Assembly: GCA_030141605.1 (NCBI GenBank)
Contig: JAQGDQ010000018.1
Location: 930,001 to 994,000, forward strand
Source: Tubiluchus corallicola
Lineage: Eukaryota; Animalia; Priapulida
DNA length: 64,000 nt
Direction: 5' to 3'
The position numbers were made by a program, and so were the translations under genes. The notes below the pieces were generated by a model. It did no database searches and was not told the origin of the DNA. It saw only the letters and a program-made list of their open reading frames with translations. Every line of letters begins with the position of its first letter. Position 1 is the stretch's first letter. Shown here piece by piece: positions 13,001 through 25,619 of this stretch.

Positions 13001-16000
13001 GGAACAAATTTTCTGGAAAGTAAATTTTTCTGGCAAAAACTTTTCTGGGAAAAAGCTTTACTGGGAAACGAATCTACTCCCAAGAGGAGTTCAATGGCAA
13101 GCCAGTTGATAGAGAAACTTCTAGCTCCGAGTCTGAGTCAGCTGAAGAAGATTCTGTTTGACAGGCAAAACATTGTTCATGTCATTTGAATTTCATTGAA
13201 AATGAACTTCATATTGGAACGAAAAAGTTCTATGAAATTAGTTTGTGTGCAAAATTAGTTTAACTCAGACTAATTCTGATAGAGCAGGTTGAAAAGTTGG
13301 TTTCAGAATTAGTCTCACACAGACTAATTTCACTAAAATTACTAAAATATAAAACTATTTGCAAAATAACTTCTCTTCTATGGGTAATCTGGTGTACAGC
13401 AAGATTAAAAACATCAGTGTTACTCAATCAAATAAGCAAAATAGCATTAAAACTGACAAGATAGTGTATTATTATTAAACAGAAACTAGAGAATTAGAAT
13501 TTAACCTTGGATTACTTTGACTTGAAACTAGATTTGAAGTTGAACATGATTACATTAACATGACTTAGGACTCGATTCCGACACAGACATAATGACTCGA
13601 GACTCGGCTCATACTTGGGCTTGACTCAGACTTGCGTACTTGCCTTTCTAGCTAACAATATTCCGAGCAAACAGAGTGGAAAATTTACAGTAATGTATAT
13701 AAAGATGTGCCGCAAACGACTACAAATTTCTGAAATTGTAATACAAAAACTTGTTCGTTTATACAGGCTTCATATTTAATTATGCCAAATCAGTTCACGG
13801 ACAATTTTAACATTCTCTCTCTCTAAAAAGTTACATGTGCCTTATCAGTTTTGTGCTGCATTTAAATACAAAATTAAAATAAGCCAAAACTGCATAGAAG
13901 ATGAGGTTATACCCGGATATTGATTTTTTTAAGTTCTGTGTTGCAGTTTTTTGAAAGCTACGTTAAAAAAAGAATATCAGAAAATGCAAAACTTCGTTAT
14001 GAAATCAGTCATAATTTGTCAGAATGACTATTTTGGAGAGCATTCTTTAGTAGTAAGTTTTTTAAGTTTTGATGTTGACGTAGATTTGATAAATTAGCAT
14101 AAGCTTCCTTTGCTTATGTTAACTTGGCAGTCAATCATTGGTGCTTAGATAATTAGTCTGCTTTAGTCACCTGTTTCTTTCTCATTTATTTTCTGTTACC
14201 TCCCAATTTTGGGTCCATATAATGCTTTAATTTTACTTTTATGTGGTAGGTGCAAAGTTAGTTCAAGAACAAGAAGAAATACTAAAACAATTTACTGGTG
14301 AAACAAAGAAACATCAACATTCTAAATCCAGAAATGCAAATGCATTAAACAAGAGCTCAGAACACTCTGCAGATCAAAGCTACGGTAAACTTTAGTCAGT
14401 AGACATTTATATTTGGCCACATGCACTGGCAAAATATGTTAGAGTAATAATATCTGGACAACTAATTTAGAGTAATAGGTTTATGCAAATTTGTTTGTTT
14501 TCTGTAATTTTACGATCATCTCTATTACTATCTCTATATGTCTGTAGTAGGAGACAGTGTGATATAGTATATACATCCACATAGCTAACATACCTCTGCC
14601 AATTCAGTATCATCACTGAGAGGATAATAAAGTGGGTTCACAACCTCCCACAATTGTCAACATAGTAAATAGGCCCTATAATGCATATAATGCTAGATAT
14701 TGGTGTTTAACTGTATAAAAAATAGTTTTTCCCTTTATTTTAGAAGAAGAAGTGAAAGACCAGGAAGCAGTAAGAAATAGTACATCACAGGAGCATCCTG
14801 TTGCTTTTCCAGCTATCAACAGTGACCTTGAAGTTGGTTCAATGGTTGAGGTTAGTATGGGTGGTGTACCAAAATATGGGGTTATCCGCTGGATTGGATA
14901 TGTTCCAGATGCAAGTAAAAGCAAACCAATGGCAGGAGTTGAAATGGTAAGTTTGCTACAGTTCTGACATGTAGACTTATATTTATATTTCAAATTCACT
15001 GGAAATGCAATAAAGAATTAGAACAGACTTCTGATTTGTCTACCAAGAATTCCGTGTTTTTGAAAAAAATAAACACCAATAGCCATTGTTGACAAAAAGT
15101 TATATTAGTCTATTTTGAAATTAGTCAGAGAACAGAGCATTGTCAATGTTCAGTAAAATGTGCTGTTGCAAGTTCATTTCTAAACAGTTTAAAGAACCGT
15201 TTTCATAGAGACAACAGTCGTGATTTGTGAATGGTTTAATGGTTTTAAAAATTACAAAGTACAAGCCTGTTGTTTGAGATACCTTAAAGTAGATAGAGAT
15301 AATTTTTTTAAATATTTATTTCATTATGCCTTACGGATTAATGTTTCTACAGTAACTGGTGGCACTTTTACATGCTGGATAAGTCTTCTTTTTGTCTCGG
15401 ACTCAGTCTCAAAACCTAAAGACTTGGACCTAGACGTTGACTCGAATTTAGATGTCCAGACTCAACTACATTGTTGAACCCTAGATATATTAAAGCTTTT
15501 ACAAAGCACTTTCTAGAAACATTCTACCTGCAGATCAACTTAAAAGTTGGTATTTACCAGCATTTCTAAGCATGCTTGTCTCATAACATGCAGCGGCAAA
15601 CACCTTGTAAATAATATATTGTGATGGCTGGAAAAGTTTAAATGGGTTAATTACAGGTGGAGTTCCATATGACCCCTGAAGCAACTGCTTCTCTTATGGT
15701 ACCTTAAATAAAAGTTTATCTGAGGTCTTAAACACAATTAGTTCTTATGTTGGTAATTTTTTATTATTCAGTTACCAAATTGTATTTAACCTACACCAAG
15801 TACGTCACAAATAGTAATTAATTACTTCTCATGTACCACTTATTCATGTTATTTTTTTTGCACGAACATGGAAACCGGATTGTTTTGTAACGAAATGAAA
15901 CATCTTATATCTAGGCTTTCTGGTTACAGTCTGGTGGCTGAGTGATCTTGATTGCAGATTTGACAGCCCAAATTGTTTGAGTGTAGATCAAATGCCTTCA

Positions 16001-19000
16001 TTAATCATTGTATAGTCCACTATAGAGTATGCCAAGAAATGGCTTTTAATTGACATATACTTAACCAATTGAAATTGCTTTAAAACTGGCTTATAGAGAT
16101 CTCAAGATGGTCTAAATTGTAGCTATCTGGATGTGCAGAAGGAGCTTACAGTGCTGTCATAAACCTATTTGGTAAATGATTAGTTTCATTGGGTTCTTGT
16201 TTTTATAAGATATGTACATCTGCCTCTTTATTATGACGCATCCACCTCCATAAATTACTTTCAGTGTCACCTGTCATGCTGTAACATGAATATTCCTCAA
16301 TTGCAAGTAATTTCATGAAACTTAAATTCAAAAATTCAATATAATTATTTTAATTTTTTTGCACTACTTTAATTTGATAAAAATAGGCACATTATGTATT
16401 ACATACTTTTGTATATGTTACTATGAGCTATGTTTTATTTTCAACTGCAACACTAAAGGACTGGGATTCAGATTCAGACAATTAGGACTCGAGCAGTGAG
16501 GACTATACTACATCACTGGTCCAGATTATTTTTAAGACTACTGTTGTAGGATGAAGAAGATATGGGTTGTACAGATGGATCATTCAATGACAGACGATAC
16601 TTCTCGTGTCCGCCTAGGAAAGCGTTCTTCCTTTACTTACATTTGTGTAAAAAGGATTCAAGGTTTCTTGAAAATCCTAAATCCATTATACAAACACCCA
16701 GCGCAGGTTAGATGCTTTCCACGTAATGTTTTGTTAAGTGATCCACATATTTTGTGTGAATTATGTATCCACATTATTAGTTCTTTAAAAATGTGGCAGA
16801 AATGCAGGTTACAATATGTTCATCTCTATAACAACTTAGTAAGTAAAGCAATGACTCGTAAAACAATAATTGAACATATCCAGTATTGTGGTTATTGTTT
16901 TGCTAATAACCTTTCTCCATCAATTTGAAAATGTTAAATTTCAAGACTTAAAATATGAATGATCTAATATTAGTTAATTACTATTGCATAATGCTAGAAC
17001 ACTTACTCATTCCAGCATTTGGTAATATGGAGAGCCCAGTCATTCCAGGAGATGTTCCGCCCATGGTAATTTCTTCAGTAGACCAAATTTGTGGCAAACA
17101 TCGGGGAATCCAAGGTCACCATAATTCTTGTTATCTTGATGCAACTCTATTTAGTATGTTCAGTTGTACACAGGTTTGTATGATTTATTGGTATTTTACT
17201 GAAGGATGACCTGCATTTGAATATTATATGCTTCATATGTAATCATTCACATATAAAGAAGCCATACTATGTCGACTTTGAAATTTGTTGTGTTTGTCAA
17301 ATTTATAATTGTAGTACATTTAGACTTATTTTCATACAATAAATTTGTTTAACTTTTGTTTTGCTTTATAATTTATTATGTTATAATTTCTTATTGTTGT
17401 AGGTGTTTGACACAATGTTATTTAGACCTAGATATAATGATGACTTAGATAAATATGAAGAAGTTCAAAAGGTCTTGAAAGAAGAAATAGTTAATCCTTT
17501 TAGACTGTAAGTAAAACTTTTGCAGTTTTATGCTTTGATTCTTAGTTTTACTGCTTAGAGAGAATTGATCCTGTAAAACTGTTTGGTTGTTTGCATTTTC
17601 CTTTATTTTTGTTTGACTTAATTACTTCTGTTGATATTTAAAAATTGTAACTGACTTTGTTAAATTGCATTAGATGAATTAATGTTAAGCCAGGTGTGTA
17701 CGTTTATGTTTTTCCTTAATTTGTTCTTTTATCATCTGTGTAATCCGTACTTTTAACATTTGTTATTGCGCTAGGTGACATTAGGTTGTTACAAATTCAA
17801 ACTCAGTTTCAAATTGAGTTTACATAAATTTCATTTTTTATTTTCTTTTACTTACTTTACTTTATATGTTTTTTTGGAACAAATAATTAACAGTTTTATT
17901 TTGCTTTGGTGTGAGTAGTCTGCTATTAAAAAAAATTATTGTTAATTTTTTTGCAGCTCTTATATCTGATTGCTATTTTTTGATTAACAGTGACTCCTTC
18001 GGTGCTTTTGGTTAGATACTTTCTCAACATTCACATACTTAATCTTAGCCCAGCATACTTATAAAAACTAATTTTATTTTATTGATTCTGTTGTGCTTTA
18101 TGTGCTTTCATCTATGTCTTAACAGATTTATTTATTTATTTCAGAAATATGTATGTGAGAGCAGACAGAGTTCTGAAATTACGCACATTACTGGACCAGC
18201 TAACATCAGTTTCTGGTTTGATGAGTGAGGAAAAGGATCCCGAGGAATTTCTTAATTCTTTGAATCAGATATTTAAATGTGAACCATTTCTAAAGCTTAG
18301 GCAAGCTGCATCATATTTTGAGAATAGTGTGCTTTGAAAGTACTTTGAAGTTTATGAACTGTACTATGATTTTGCTTATCTTTTGCAGCTCTGGGCAAGA
18401 ATCACATGTTTACCAAGTGTTTATGGAAAGAGACGACAAGATTGTCCTACCTACCGTCCAGCAACTATTTGAGGAATCATTTTTAACTAATGATCTTAAG
18501 CTAAAGGAGGTATGATTAATGAACCATCAGTAATGAAAACAATAAGTGCTTCAAAACTCTTTGAAGACCATGAACAAAATAATCTGCATATGCAAACTCA
18601 TTGATTTACAAATACAGCTGCTTATTCCTTTAAGAATGTACCTAAGAATCTTCTTTTCTAAGAACGGACGAGACCAGTTTTGCCATCGTAAAATGGAGTG
18701 AGCCCCAAATATTCATGACAAATTCTTATTAGACTTTTCATTCATCAGCAAATTTCATTTGCTTTATAATTAAATAAGGTATTGTATGTATGGTTGTGTT
18801 GCACCTACCATAAGGTGTCATGGTTAGTCAGAAGGAAGGTATTTATTTAAAAAATCGGAAAGAGTTGGAAGAGCTAGGAATCAAAAATTTCACAAGCAAA
18901 GATTATTATTAAATCGTATATACAGTGACTAGTTTACTATAAACAAAGTTCATGTAGGATAGCACGATAATTTTGCAAACACAATAAGGATCCGAGCTTG

Positions 19001-22000
19001 CTACACTAGAATTTAAATGTTTTATGTGCTGCTGTACCCTGTCGCAGAGGTAGAGCTAACAGAATATACCCATTGAGGAATGATCTTCTCGGGACGTGTG
19101 ATTAGTCATCTTCTTACTGGTATTAAAAAAACCCGACAGAAACAAATGAATTCTATTGTCAATAATTCTGCAAAGATAATTTCCCATTGCCTTGTCACGC
19201 AGTTAGTGTTGTTTTTTATGGGGCAAAATTGTAAATTTGTGTTGCGTGAGTACAGTGTTCCCTCACTTATCACGGGTGTTCCGTTCCAGGCTCACCCGCG
19301 ATAAGTGAATTTCCGCGAAGTAGGGACGCTATACTTATTTTAGTAGTTACACATTATTACGACTGGGATACAGAGCAGCATTCTCTGGTTGGTCGCTTTC
19401 CATCAACCAACCAATCATGTGTTGTGTACAATCTCACGTCGGCAAGTAGCATCTCACCCGGGCACAAGTACTGCATTTCGTTTTTGGTATATATTCATCC
19501 GCCGAATAAATACGCTATTTACTGTAAATAGTAATTTTTTATGATTTATAATATTCTTTTAATGTTAGAATTATTATTTTTAATATATTTTTATACATTT
19601 TGTGATTTTTTATGCAAAATTCATTAAATCTATGCATTACTGTACAATACGTACTACGCATGTGCAAAAATACTTTAGACGGAGTACCGCAAAAACCCGT
19701 GAAACAGCGAAAATACCGCGATAAATATTTTACATTAATATTTTTGAAAACCCGCGAAACAGCGAGTTTGCGATAAACGAACCACGAAGTAGCGAGGGAA
19801 CACTGTATATTGTAATTCAGAGAAAAAACCATCTTTCGACTTTTAACTAATGTGATCACTTTCATAGATGGTTTGACTTGGCTTAATTTAAGTTAAATTA
19901 AATGACAATTTTTTAAACTGGAAAATATTAGTTTGCATTTTTGCCTCTCACTTATGAGGCAATATTGTTAATTATCCTTGTATTCACTGGGATTTACTTC
20001 GTAAACAGACATGGGCATAATCATATAATTGATTAATGTGTATATGATGAATAGTAACTTACTTCAGTAACTTGCTTCAATCGATTGAATAGATTGACAG
20101 CTAATAACTTACAAATTTGCTCTGTTGTCAAAGTACAAATAGATTTGAATGGTGTCTTACTTTTTATGCATTAGCATATATGTTTGTCTGGAAGCTGAAA
20201 TAGTAAAAGTTAGATAACTGTTCAGTTTAGCTTGTCACCCGAGCACAAGGTTATATCGTCTAGTCGAGTTTAATTACTAACCAATTGGCTAACTTGAAAT
20301 TTATATCATTGTCCATCTCTGCAAGTAAGCAGAGTGTTTTCCACCATTTGTTTTAACTCTACTGTGGTTCTCAGATTAAATGCATTATCTACTGCCTTGT
20401 TTCTGTTGTACCTATTATAATTCGTTTTTTGTGAATTGTAGATACCTCCATGTTTCATAATTCAAATGCCAAGATTTGGCAAAGATTACAAAATGTATAA
20501 AAGAATTGCACCATCACTGGTTCTGGATATCACCGATGTGTTAGAGAACTGTAAGTCTTTTTCACTTCAGATTTTCTGATTTATTTTGTAACTTGTTAAT
20601 AGCGATAATTAATTGGGCCTGCCTAGAAGATAAACCTATTTGTTTTCATCACTTTTGCCTTGATTTGGCGATCTTTTATTTTTTGTTAAAATACAAATAA
20701 AATTTAGAAAAATCAATATCCTTGCTGCTTAAGACTTCTTAATGCTTTTTTAACTTGATTATTTTGTCCTTCATTCAGCCAAACATTGGACATTAGTGAT
20801 TACAAATTCAATCTTTTCTCCGTTGTCTCTTTTAAAGCGAGGAATATAGGTAATAGGTCATGTATTTAGGAAGTGAAGCCAAGTAGGATGGGAGCTAGGA
20901 TGGGTAGCAGCTGTGCAGGCTGCTTGTTGGCAGTTTTGCAGCCATATTGCTTTTTGCTATTCACCTCGTCATGGAAGACTACTTGTGCATCTAAACGTGG
21001 CTAAAACATATCTGCTTACTCACCATTTTATTTGAAATTATTATCCTTGATAAGGAGTTACATTTCTGTTCAGCTAAATCATCCACATTGAATAGACCCT
21101 GCCATTGGTTTGAACATTCTCCCATCAAATGTAAATTTTGAATAAATGTAGTTAAATAAAAGGCAATTATTGTGCAATGTACAACAATGTTGAATAATTA
21201 TTATAAACTATATACTGTCTCGTATAGTTCCTACACAGTTATTATAAGTTATATATTACTATTTACTATATTATTGTAAATTATACTAAATAATATTTTT
21301 TCTGTGTATTTTAATAATAAATTTCTTACAATGAACTATACAAAAAACAATTCTCAACATTTTTGTTTTAGCTCCTCGGCAGTGCAGTATATGTGGTATG
21401 TTAGCTGAGTATGAATGTAGAGACTGCTTTCGGCAATTTGGCGAAGGTTTGGAAGGCATTTCTTTTTGCAGAAAATGTGTGACACAAGTGAGTGTCACAA
21501 TTTTTTCACATCTGTCACTTCATATAAAGATTTGTACCATTTTCATTATAGTAGTAATCTGTATGCGCAATTTGCATCATACTTACAATTTTGTGCTTTT
21601 TAAGGAGTTTGTACATAAAAGCACAAAATTTTCACTAAAGTTTTTCTGATTTTTTTTTTGTTGTTCTTGCTGTCAGCATTTATAATAATTTTACAACTTA
21701 ACTGTCTGGCCAAAAATCTTTTTTTATATATACTTTTATAATGAAAGGCACACAATTATTAAAAAAATCCTCGTTTGTCTTAAACCTCAGTTTTTGCCTA
21801 AAATTTATCTTTATTCTCGAATTCTAACCTTTCACACATTAAATTATAAAAATGTTTGGCAATTTTCTTGCATAACTAGGGCAAGTTTGTATTTTTTAAG
21901 GAGTTTATACATAAAAGCACAAAATTTTCACTAAAATTCTTCTGATTTTTTTTTGTTGCTGTAAGCATTTATAATAATTTTAAAACCTGCATCATACTTA

Positions 22001-25000
22001 CAAGTTTGTGTTTTTTAAGGAGTTTGTACAGAAAAGCACAAAATTTTTGCTAAAATTTTTCTGATTTTTTTGTTGTTGCTGGCAACATTTACAATAGTTT
22101 TAAAGCTTAATTGACTGGCCAAAAATCTTTTTCTATATATACTTTTATAATGAAAGGCACACACTTATTAAAAAAAGTTCCTCCTTTGTCTTAAACCTCA
22201 TAGTTTTTGCCTAAAATTTGTCTTTATTCTTGAATTCTAACCTTTCACACATTAAGTTATAAAAATGTTTGGCAATTTTCTTGCGTAACTAAGGCAAAGC
22301 TAGATTGTATTGTAAAAAGTCACCAAAAATGTGACTTAAAGTGTTTTAAGGTAGGGCTCTAGGTACATACAATACGTGATGCATAGCTCGTAAATATGAG
22401 TTTGTATTTGAACTCGTGGAAGTGTTTCTATGTATATGTAATGCACAATCCGTAATGCGTGTACCTTATTCATTCAAACGCGATCAACCACATATGCACC
22501 ACACATCAATACACAGACGTTAAACTGCTATTGTCTAGGTGATTTAGTGGGTTTCCAATTTCTGATGACCATTTTTTTCTAATTGGCTTCCTGGTTAGAT
22601 GAGTTTTGGTCAATTCTAGACCTACACATATTAATATTACTTCCATGTGAGCTTTTGAAAAGTGGAAAACGCATATAGTTATATTGTTCTGCATCTAGTT
22701 ACAGTTCTTTCACTAAATGATAGTCTTTCATGCAGTTTTGTTCTCTCCCCTGCAGAGTGTTATATACCCAAAACTGTGCTTTCTTTTGAATTTTTCTGTT
22801 TAATAGTAAAATGGTAAGCTAATAACCGCTATCATTATTTCTTGATCAGTGTTGTGCTGAAATTCAGCATGGCTTCCAAAAATTATCATTTCCAATTTTC
22901 GCAAACAGCAACCAAAAATGTGGGCGAGTGCCAACAACTTTGTTAAAAAAATATGTAGTGTTCATGGGCACACGAAAACAGTTAGAACGCAATACGGATT
23001 ACAGTCACACGTCAAATATTATCTGGAGTCCAACCTATATACATAAAGTCTTTAAGTTTACTGCTTAGCGCTAATCAAAGTGATACCCGAAGCATTGAAA
23101 AATGAAATGGAGACAGTTTAGTTATATGCACTGTTTGTTCTTAACTGTTCTTAAGCCAAAGAGCCCATCGCAGCAGCTGATACTGTGTCTGTGTTTATCC
23201 TAGCTCTCCTGTATGATATGCAATTCTTTTGCATTGTTTGAATATTTCTGTTCCTGTGTGAATCATCATAGTTATTTTGCACCTTTGTACACTCTTACAG
23301 TGATTACAAATAAGAAGAAATGCTAAACACATCATAGTAATTACTATTGTCTTGTTTTGCTTTTGCTAATAGAGCCATAGTCATTCTAAACGGCAAGAAC
23401 ACAAACCACGAGAGATCGGTACTCCAGATGAATTCAAGGAGTTTGTGCGAGAGCAGGCGTCCCATGGCTGGCATCATGCTAAAATTCCAAGAGTTCATCT
23501 CGAACTGTTTGCTGTAGTATGCATCGCCACTAGTCATTATGTTGCCTATGTAAAGTGTGGAAATGGTTTAGAAGCGCCATGGATATTTTTTGACAGTATG
23601 GCTGATCGCAAAGGTAAGTGTTTAAAATGTGTTTAGTCGGGGTGCATTGCATCCATAGTTGCCAGACCCAGATCTTGAGTGGATCCAAATCCAGATCCAG
23701 ATCTAAGGCAAGACACGAAAATTATAATGAATTGTCTCACTTGGCTGTTCAATATATTATTATAAGTTGTAATAACATAGTATAACTTACATAAAACCAT
23801 TGAAAGGTCTGGTCAAATAAAAAAAAAGGATTCAGAATCATTTATTCCAATGCTCATACAGGGACACACATGAAGTTGCTTTAATGAGGCAGATTTTCTC
23901 AGCACAGTGTGACTTGTGTTTTGCCCAGAGTGCAAAGGCAAATGTTTTGTCATTTGTGATCAGGACCTTTGACTTTTTTAGGATTTATTTCGTTAAACTG
24001 TGAAATAAATACCTGTATTTTATTAGGCTTTATTTGTTTACTCTATATAAAAAGCTACTAAGTTATAGCCGGCAAATGATTATTACCGATCATCATTGAT
24101 GACAAGTAGGATTGATGAGCAAAATTTACCAGATTTATAATTTTTGTATTTGGCCCAAATTTTTGCTGGATCCGTTGCAAACGTCACGTGATGTCAGCTG
24201 TCAAAGCTGTCAAGTGGCAGCTTAGTAATGATCGTGAATGGAAAGGGTCTGGTATGATAGATTCGTCTGGTCACCGCATGAATTACAGAGGATGTTAGTA
24301 GATTGTTTCCCTTATGGTTCCAACACTTGTTGCAGAAATGAAACCCTAAATATTGCGATAACATATGATAATATTGATGAAATGACAATATTAAATTGAA
24401 AGTAATCAGATTTAGTAAAGCATCAAAATTTACTACCCAAAATCCAAAACTATGTTAAGAAATAACCAAAGATACCATAATAGTCGACTAGGCATATTAT
24501 GACTGCAAGACATACTAGCCAGCAAAAATCAGTGAACATAACACGAAGCTTAAATAACAAAACTCAAACAAGTTGACCACAAGTTAGTAAACAAAATGAG
24601 GTCAATGGAAATCACAGAGCAAGAGTCATACCACACTAGGAAAACAGACAACAATGCAGCAAATAGGCCTGAGACCTAGCCAAACAAACAATGACAACAT
24701 GAAGCTGAAGCCAGTAGACGCAAATTGTTACAAACAAAGCGAAGTATGTATGTAAGGTGAGGTGATGATTCATTCATCTATGTGAGGTGCAACTCGTTTA
24801 GTTGCTTGTGTGCAAGCACAGAAATGATAAGACTTAGGCTCGTAGTTTCTAGCGCCCTCAAACAATAAATTTTCAGGAGGTCGGTATGTGCTGTGACAGG
24901 TGGATTTTGTCATCCAAATGCAGAATTTTATTTGAAATATACTTAAATATTAAGGAAATAACGGTTTTTGAAATAGAGGCTGCGACTTCTTAGAACAATT

Positions 25001-25619
25001 GATGTGATTCTACTAAAATAATATGACCCACACCATTGGGATTTTAACTCCTACATATTCAATTTTACTTTATAATGCAGCTTTTCTGAATTTCTGGTAT
25101 TTTTAGCTGTGCATTTTGACAAAGACAGACAGCAGTAATATGACACTGAATGCTGAACTAGAAACAAGTATCAGCGTATCCATGTGTGTAGGTATACAGT
25201 TTACAGAAAACTACATTATCTAGTGACTTTCCTGTGACAAAAATGCTGACTTGAGATGACTAAAACAGACGAGATAGCTAGGATCTCAGTTTGAAAATTT
25301 CAGTGGGGCAGTTATGTTAAATACAGTTTTCCTAAACAGAAATACGCCAGTATCGTACTTTTGTTTGTGCACAATATATGTCGTGCCAGATGATGAAATT
25401 TCGTGTTTTCTCGTAGTTAATTGTATCGTTACAGGTGGTTTACACGGTTATAACATCCCAGAAGTCCGTGCTTGTCCTAACCTTACATTCTGGCTTTCAA
25501 ACGAGGGTTACAACTGCATTCTAAAAAATGAGGAGCCACTTCCCAATTATGCACAACGACTGCTGTCTGATGGATATATATGTTTCTATCAAAGTCCTGA
25601 ATTGATGATGTACAGATGA
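4018..25619 (+). CDS. CYLD: Ubiquitin carboxyl-terminal hydrolase CYLD (three CAP-Gly domains plus USP domain with B-box insertion), 17 coding exons, about 862 aa
   Basis: Phase-consistent exons: 4018-4170, 4803-4979, 7994-8161, 8646-8778, 8907-9034, 9541-9685, 14250-14384, 14744-14946, 16550-16706, 17016-17173, 17403-17506, 18145-18300, 18389-18509, 20442-20550, 21372-21487, 23373-23613, 25435-25619 (2589 nt). CAP-Gly motifs [30 protein letters not shown] and [18 protein letters not shown]. Cys box [33 protein letters not shown]-box CSIC/CRDC/CRKC/HSH, His box [24 protein letters not shown]. Confidence 0.95.
5285..6107. mobile_element. Tc1/mariner (pogo/Tigger-like) MITE in CYLD intron 2
   Basis: Perfect 23-bp TIR ccgtatatactcgcatataagcc. 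TA on the left, GA on the right. Internal repeats of atataagccgacc. Confidence 0.88.
5679..5936. mobile_element. hAT-type MITE (258 bp) nested inside the previous element
   Basis: Perfect 13-bp TIR cagtggtgtattg/caatacaccactg and perfect 8-bp TSD gtgacaca (5671-5678, 5937-5944). Confidence 0.92.
6431..7540 (+). mobile_element. Helentron-associated (HINE/DINE-1-like) element with internal tandem repeats of about 110 bp
   Basis: Subterminal inverted repeat taggtcccctg (6435-6445) and caggggaccta (7501-7511). 5' hairpin aggtcccctgac-ttta-gtcag..ggagacct, degenerate 3' palindrome accatcattgacagt, T-rich left flank, diverged tandem units at about 6910-7155. Confidence 0.7.
9762..9935 (+). mobile_element. 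5' end of a hAT-like MITE family rich in GACTCG/GACTTG motifs, with related fragments at about 13500-13640, 15390-15476 and 16455-16518
   Basis: Begins cattgttgtagtac followed by many gactcg/gacttg motifs. A complementary end, ctacatcactg, closes the fragment at 16518. Confidence 0.55.
10472..10897. mobile_element. Degenerate TIR element containing a fragment of the Tc1/mariner MITE family seen at 52061-52968
   Basis: atatcttggtttgccggac at the left is an imperfect inverted repeat of gtctggcaaacacagatat at the right. The internal tacagtaggcatc..ttagagtca..aaaaactg..aattgactcaaataact segment resembles 52059-52210. Confidence 0.5.
11800..13161 (+). pseudogene. Decayed pogo-like DDE transposase (C-terminal half), interrupted by a Mutator-like insertion
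   Basis: LDNFSRH..LNASLRF, then a 1-bp frameshift, [40 protein letters not shown], and [16 protein letters not shown] continues as [23 protein letters not shown] once 12268-13080 and one TSD copy are removed. aattagtct/agactaatt motifs recur on both flanks (about 11620-11720 and 13235-13335). Confidence 0.72.
12268..13080. mobile_element. Mutator-like non-autonomous element, copy 1
   Basis: Degenerate TIR gtcgatttcccag/ctgggaaacga, TSD caagaagag (12259-12267) and caagaggag (13081-13089), subterminal repeats of about 15 bp (tttctgg). Collinear with 49360-50165. Confidence 0.82.
19253..19805. mobile_element. Tigger/pogo-like MITE in a CYLD intron
   Basis: TIR cagtgttccctc/gagggaacactg, TA on both sides, internal ccgcga repeats. 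Confidence 0.9.
21573..22298 (+). repeat. Local tandem duplication with structure AB-A-AB (AB about 312 bp, A about 105-120 bp)
   Basis: taaggagttt.taca.aaaagcacaaaatttt occurs three times. ctggccaaaaatcttt..aaaatgtttggcaattttcttgc.taacta.ggcaa occurs twice. Confidence 0.92.

Noticed and set aside
16551-16928. 125-aa ORF in the track
   Set aside because: It is an alternative frame of CYLD exon 16550-16706 running into the intron. The conserved frame is [10 protein letters not shown].
23654-24185. Possible hAT MITE with ggatcc/gatcca motifs
   Set aside because: Termini are too degenerate and no TSD was found, so boundaries cannot be supported.
24480-24745. A-rich, coding-like stretch in the last CYLD intron
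   Set aside because: Frames are interrupted by stops, with no recognisable motif or convincing splice sites.
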